Of a stretch of 12,041 nucleotides of DNA, positions 7,637 through 12,041 are shown piece after piece (the first letter of the stretch is position 1; each line of letters starts with the position of its first letter). The stretch comes from Tubiluchus corallicola (lineage: Eukaryota > Animalia > Priapulida): NCBI GenBank assembly GCA_030141605.1, contig JAQGDQ010002169.1, forward strand, positions 1-12,041, written 5' to 3'. The position numbers and the translations under genes are program-made. The notes under the pieces are model-generated. The model was not told where the DNA came from, did no database searches, and saw only the letters and a program-made list of their open reading frames with translations.

Positions 7637-8042
7637 TGTCGTGGTGACTTTTGTGACGACAGTAAAACGAAAAGGAGCATTTTTACTTCCGCTGTAACGC
7701 TAGTTTATTCCTTTTACGAGAGCGCAATATACCCGCTTTTTCTCTTTCATATCAACTCAACAACTCCTCCTCACCAGTTCCTACAGTTACACGTAAATCA
7801 ATTCACAATGGCTTCTTTATGGCGGGCGAATCGTGAAGCTCAAACTTCACGACATCTTCCTTGTCTTCATAGTAAGTTCGCACTTTCATGCGTTTGCAAG
7901 GTGCGCAAGAGGGTGCAGTGGGGGTGGAAGCAGCAATTGGGCTCAACACAGGCATGCTTTGATGCAAAGAAGTAGTGGGGGTAACCTAAAGTTTACGCAT
8001 TTCTAGTTGCACAATTTGCTTGAACGAATCATGGGTTCTACA
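7637..8042 (-). mobile_element. 5' LTR of the BEL/Pao element
   Basis: The 3' end (CACCACGACA at 7637) is fixed by the PBS, and AATAAA lies at 7709-7704 on the - strand. The 5' boundary is tentative: TGTAGAACCC at 8042 gives TGT...ACA termini, but there is no second LTR to confirm it. Confidence 0.6.
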
Positions 8043-8123
8043 TCATATGACGTCAGAAACTAACACTGCAGTTCATGATCATGGTTATCACGGTACTGCC
8101 TTCTATTTGCCGGCCACGCGAGC

Positions 8124-8773
8124 CATAGCTGATCGAATATAGTGTTTTGTGTAATTCATAACTGATCCAATAATAGTGTTATGTGTATGTCATAGCTGAT
8201 CCAATAATAGTGTTCTGTGTATGTCATAGCTAATGCAATAATAGTGTTCTGTGTATGTCATAGCTGATCCAATAATAGTGTTCTGTGTATGTCATAGCTG
8301 ATCCAATAATAGTGTTCTGTGTATGTCATAGCTAATGCAATAATAGTGTTCTGTGTATGTCATAGCTAATCCAATAATAGTGTTTTGTGTATGTCATAAC
8401 TAATCCAATAATAGTGTTCTGTGTATGTCATAGCTGATCCAACAGTAGTGTTCTGTGTATGTCATAGCTAATGCAATAATAGTGTTCTGTGCATGTCATA
8501 GCTAATCCAATAATAGTGTTTTGTGTATGTCATAACTAATCCAATAATAGTGTTATGCGTATGTCATAGCTAATCCAATAATAGTGTTCTGTGTATGTTA
8601 TAGCTAATGCAATAATAGTGTTCTGTGCATGTCATAGCTAATCCAATAATAGTGTTTTGTGTATGTCATAACTAATCCAATAATAGTGTTATGCGTATGT
8701 CATAGCTAATCCAATAATAGTGTTCTGTGAATGTCATAGCTAATCCAATAATAGTGTTGTGTGTATGTCATAG
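8124..8773. repeat. 34-bp minisatellite, ~19 copies (CATAGCTAATCCAATAATAGTGTTCTGTGTATGT)
   Basis: Strict 34-bp period from 8157 to 8769; the first unit is 33 bp and degenerate. No spacers. Confidence 0.98.
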
Positions 8774-9021
8774 TTTGAACACTCAATTTAAAAATGCACA
8801 GCAAACAAAATTCCGGAAGTCGGTTTTGCGTGCAACGTCAAATGACATTCGCCAGTTTTAAATTTCACAATTATTGTGAAGTTAGTTTAACTTTCTTTAT
8901 TTACGTTGATGTTTCATTTGAGAAATAATTTATGAACTGCAAAATAATTTTACACTTGAATATCATCCAGCGTTCATCTGACACGAATCTGATCCATTAA
9001 TACCATTTTAAAAATGTCTTT

Positions 9022-10722
9022 CAAATTCCTTATAAAGCTGCAAATTCCTTATAAAGCTGCAAATTCGTTATAAAGCTGCAAATTCGTTATAAAGGTACAA
9101 ATTCGTTATAAAGCTGCAAATTCCTTATAAAGCTGCAAATTTATTATAAAGCTGCAAATTCGTTATAAAGCTGCAAATTCGTTACAAAGCTGCAAATTCG
9201 TTATAAAGGTACAAATTCGTTATAAAGCTGCAAATTCGTTATAAAGCTGCAAATTCGTTATAAAGCTGCAAATTTATTATAAAGCTGCAAATTCGTTATA
9301 AGCTGCAAATTGTATAAAGCCAAAAATTCGTTATAAAGCTACAAATTCGTTATAAAGCTGCAAATTCGTTATAAAGCTGCAAATTCGTTATAAAGCTACA
9401 AATTCGTTATAAAGCTGCAAATTCGTTATAAAGCTGCAAATTCGTTATAAAGCTGCAAATTCGTTACAAAGCTGCAAATTCGTTATAAAGCTGCAAATTC
9501 GTTATAAGCTAAAAAAACAAAAAAAAAAAAATTGTTATAAACTGCAACCTTATAAAGCTGCAAATTTATTATAAAGCTGCAAATTCGTTACAAAGCTGCA
9601 AATTCGTTACAAAGCTGCAAGTTCGTTATAAAGGTACAAATTCGTTATAAAGCTGCAAATTCGTTATAAAGCTGCAAATTTATTATAAAGCTGCAAATTC
9701 GTTATAAAGCTACAAATTCGTTATAAAGCTGCAAATTCGTTATAAAGCTGCAAATTCGTTACAAAGCTGCAAATTCGTTATAAAGCTACAAATCCGTTAT
9801 AAAGCTGCACATTCGTTATAAAGGTACAAATTCGTTATAAAGGTACAAATTCGTTATAAAGCTGCAAATTCGTTATAAAGCTGCAAATTCGTTATAAAGC
9901 TGCAAATTCGTTATAAAGCTGCAAATTCGTTATAAAGCTGTAAATTCGTTATAAAGCTGCAAATTCCTTATATTCCTTATAAAGCTGCAAATTCGTTATA
10001 AAGCTACAAATTCGTTATAAAGCTGCAAATTCGTTATAAAGCTGCAAATTCGTTATAAAGCTACAAATTCGTTATAAAGTTACAAATTCGTTATAAAGTT
10101 ACAAATTCGTTATAAAGCTACAAATTCGTTATAAAGCTGCAAATTTGTTAGAAAGCTGCAAATTCGTTATAAAGCTGCAAATTCGTTGTAAAGCTGCAAA
10201 TTCCTTATAAAGCTGCAAATTTGTTGTAAAGCTGCAAATTCCTTATAAAGCTGCAAATTCGTTGTAAAGCTACAAATTCGTTATAAAGCCGCAAATTCAT
10301 TATGAAGCTGCAAATTCGTTATAAAGCTGCAAATTTGTTAGAAAGCTGCAAATTCGTTATAAAGCTGCAAATTCGTTGTAAAGCTGCAAATTCGTTATAA
10401 AGCTACAAATTCGTTATAAAACTGCAAATTCGTTATCAAATTCGTTATAAAGCTGCAAATTCGTTATCAAATTCGTTATAAAGCTGCAAATTCGTTATGA
10501 AGCTGCAAATTCGTTGTAAAGCTGCAAATTCGTTATCAAATTCGTTATAAAGCTGCAAATTCGTTATCAAATTCGTTATAAAGCTGCAAATTCGTTATCA
10601 AATTCGTTATGAAGCTGCAAATTCGTTATAAAGCTGCAAATTCGTTGTAAAGGTGCAAATTCGTTATAAAGTTACAAATTCGTTATCAAATTCGTTATAA
10701 ACCTGCAAATTCGTTAGAAAGC
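9022..10722. repeat. 19-bp minisatellite, ~1.7 kb, roughly 90 units (CAAATTCGTTATAAAGCTG)
   Basis: Directly visible. 12-bp truncated units (CAAATTCGTTAT) are interspersed after ~10430, and an A-rich disruption lies at ~9508-9550. Confidence 0.98.
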
Positions 10723-10833
10723 ATTTCCAACATAATAACTCAAAAGAATTTTATAGTTTACCACCACTTGTTCCTGCACCTTTTATGCACCTATCTGCTT
10801 GCCTAGATGAAAGTACAGCTGCCTAGTTGCCTT

Positions 10834-11880
10834 TCAGAAGCCTGTATCGAGTTCAATCGTCACTGGTTCAACATTGTCTCTCCCGCAGATGTTGGAAAAG
10901 AAAAGCTGCTTTAAAACTATTTGAAAACTTTCAATTCTGAACGCGTAGACGAAAACATTAAGAAAAGAGTTGACATATGCTAATGTTCCAGCGTATATTA
11001 TTACGTAGCTATCCGGTGGGAAATTCACACAAACTGTTGCAGGGCACAGAAAGTAAACTACTGTACAAGCGAGAAATGGTGCCCAGAGTGCTATGAACAA
11101 TCCTAGCACTAGTGCCAAAGTCTTTACCATCTTAAGGGTACTCTTCATTGAAACACTTTGCTTTTTCTTTTGGACGCTGGCGCCTTCGGATGCATCCACT
11201 ACATTTGTTACCTCACAGTTGTCGCTTTGTCTCATAGATGGCGCTACCACGGCCACACTCATTTCCAATGACGTAATCATCCTCAGATGTCTTGTGGTCT
11301 CCTTCACGATACGGAGATACATGACCACAATTTGAAGGACCGTCAAAATCGTAATGACCGCAACAACGAACCAGAAGTCAGCCAGCGAGCCACTGAGTGT
11401 CAAGCAGTGCCTTCTTGGCTCTTCATCGTACAACAAGGTCATCAATACGGACGACACCACGACGCTGGAAAGCCAGATGTAAGCAATCACGCCCACCACC
11501 ACCCTCTCCGTGACGATGTTGGCATGCCGGAGGGGGTAGAACACCGTCACGTATCTTTCCACAGAAATCAAGAGGAAACTATTGATGGATGACCCGCAAG
11601 AGGTGATTGCAATGATGGTGGCAAGCAGACACCAGCTTCCAACGTTCTGTAGACCAAAGTGGTAGATGCAGGCTTGAAGTAGAACATTGAAACCCACCAA
11701 GAGATCAGCAGCTGACAGGTTTCCGATGAAATAGTAAGTGATTCCGCGAAGTCTTGATGATCTGAAGATCATCCATAGAATGATGGTGTTGCTCAGAACA
11801 ATTATTACACCAATGATAAACAAAGTATTGATGAGAGCAACAGGAAAGTCTTCAATAGCAACGTCTTCAGTTAGATTCAT
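10834..11880 (-). CDS. Intronless class A (rhodopsin-like) 7TM GPCR, 348 aa, orphan; broadly adenosine/melanocortin-receptor-like
   Basis: Seven hydrophobic segments. Motifs: TM1 SN, TM2 NLSAADLLVG, TM3 ISVERY (ERY at 11559-11551) followed by YPLRH, TM4 Trp, TM5 Tyr (MYLRI), TM6 KTLALVLGLFIALWAPF, TM7 NSFLNVFVYAFR, helix 8 Phe. N-terminal sequon NLT. The first ATG is at 11880; the ORF track start at 11913 is a TTG. The ligand cannot be inferred. Confidence 0.95.
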   Translation of the reverse strand: MNLTEDVAIEDFPVALINTLFIIGVIIVLSNTIILWMIFRSSRLRGITYYFIGNLSAADLLVGFNVLLQACIYHFGLQNVGSWCLLATIIAITSCGSSINSFLLISVERYVTVFYPLRHANIVTERVVVGVIAYIWLSSVVVSSVLMTLLYDEEPRRHCLTLSGSLADFWFVVAVITILTVLQIVVMYLRIVKETTRHLRMITSLEMSVAVVAPSMRQSDNCEVTNVVDASEGASVQKKKQSVSMKSTLKMVKTLALVLGLFIALWAPFLACTVVYFLCPATVCVNFPPDSYVIIYAGTLAYVNSFLNVFVYAFRIESFQIVLKQLFFSNICGRDNVEPVTIELDTGF

Positions 11881-11944
11881 TCTACTTCCAAAAACTGTTT
11901 CGTTTTGTTCCAAAAAGACAACAGATTACAAGTCGTACCTTCCA

Positions 11945-12041
11945 GGTGTTGATCACAACAATCGTTACACCAATAACAAACAAATATAGACCAAAATTGC
12001 ATGGAAATCTTCAATAGCAACGTCTTCAGTTAGATTCATTC
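11945..12041 (-). pseudogene. Frameshifted partial duplicate of the GPCR 5' end (N-terminus + TM1); forms a 24-codon ORF at 12039-11965
   Basis: It aligns to 11785-11882. The first 32 coding nt are identical; the next 66 nt have 17 mismatches and one 1-bp deletion. It reads MNLTEDVAIEDFHAILVYICLLLV*, and homology runs to the window edge. Confidence 0.88.

Noticed and set aside
9508-9550. A-rich interruption in the 19-bp array as a retroposed poly(A) insertion
   Set aside because: No TSD or element body. It looks like degraded units or a low-quality consensus patch.
4643-10722. CRISPR array interpretation of the 65-, 34- and 19-bp repeats
   Set aside because: Units are head-to-tail with no unique spacers, there are no cas genes, and the context is eukaryotic (introns, GPCR, BEL/Pao).
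11881-11940. Intron joining the upstream GPCR duplicate to the main ORF (AAG|GTACGA donor-like site on the - strand)
   Set aside because: It would be under 60 nt with a poor acceptor, and the upstream frame already stops at 11965.
11093-11989. Plus-strand ORFs overlapping the GPCR
   Set aside because: They are antisense shadows with no recognisable motifs.

Overview
AT-rich, repeat-dense eukaryotic DNA, most likely from an invertebrate animal; the species cannot be determined from sequence alone. There is no CRISPR array, rRNA, tRNA or operon. Genes: (1) an intact single-exon class A (rhodopsin-like) GPCR on the - strand (ATG 11880 to stop 10834, 348 aa), preceded by a frameshifted, apparently chimeric duplicate of its own 5' end; (2) two phase-compatible + strand exons (2183-2358 and 3081-3285) encoding the Ser-rich C-terminus of an unidentified gene, possibly with a 17-nt micro-exon upstream; (3) a truncated BEL/Pao LTR retrotransposon on the - strand (5' LTR, tRNA-Phe-like PBS, and gag with one frameshift, no pol). 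The rest is non-autonomous DNA transposons (pogo/Tc1-like MITE with TA TSD, Kolobok-like TTAA element present twice, Harbinger-like remnant, two fold-back elements) and tandem arrays (7/8-bp, CAT, 30, 65, 122, 34 and 19 bp units). I found no convincing new multi-gene system. The most interesting signals are satellites amplifying inside MITEs, two local chimeric duplications with abrupt identity switches, and a possible self-derived uORF upstream of the GPCR. All alignments and identities were done by eye.
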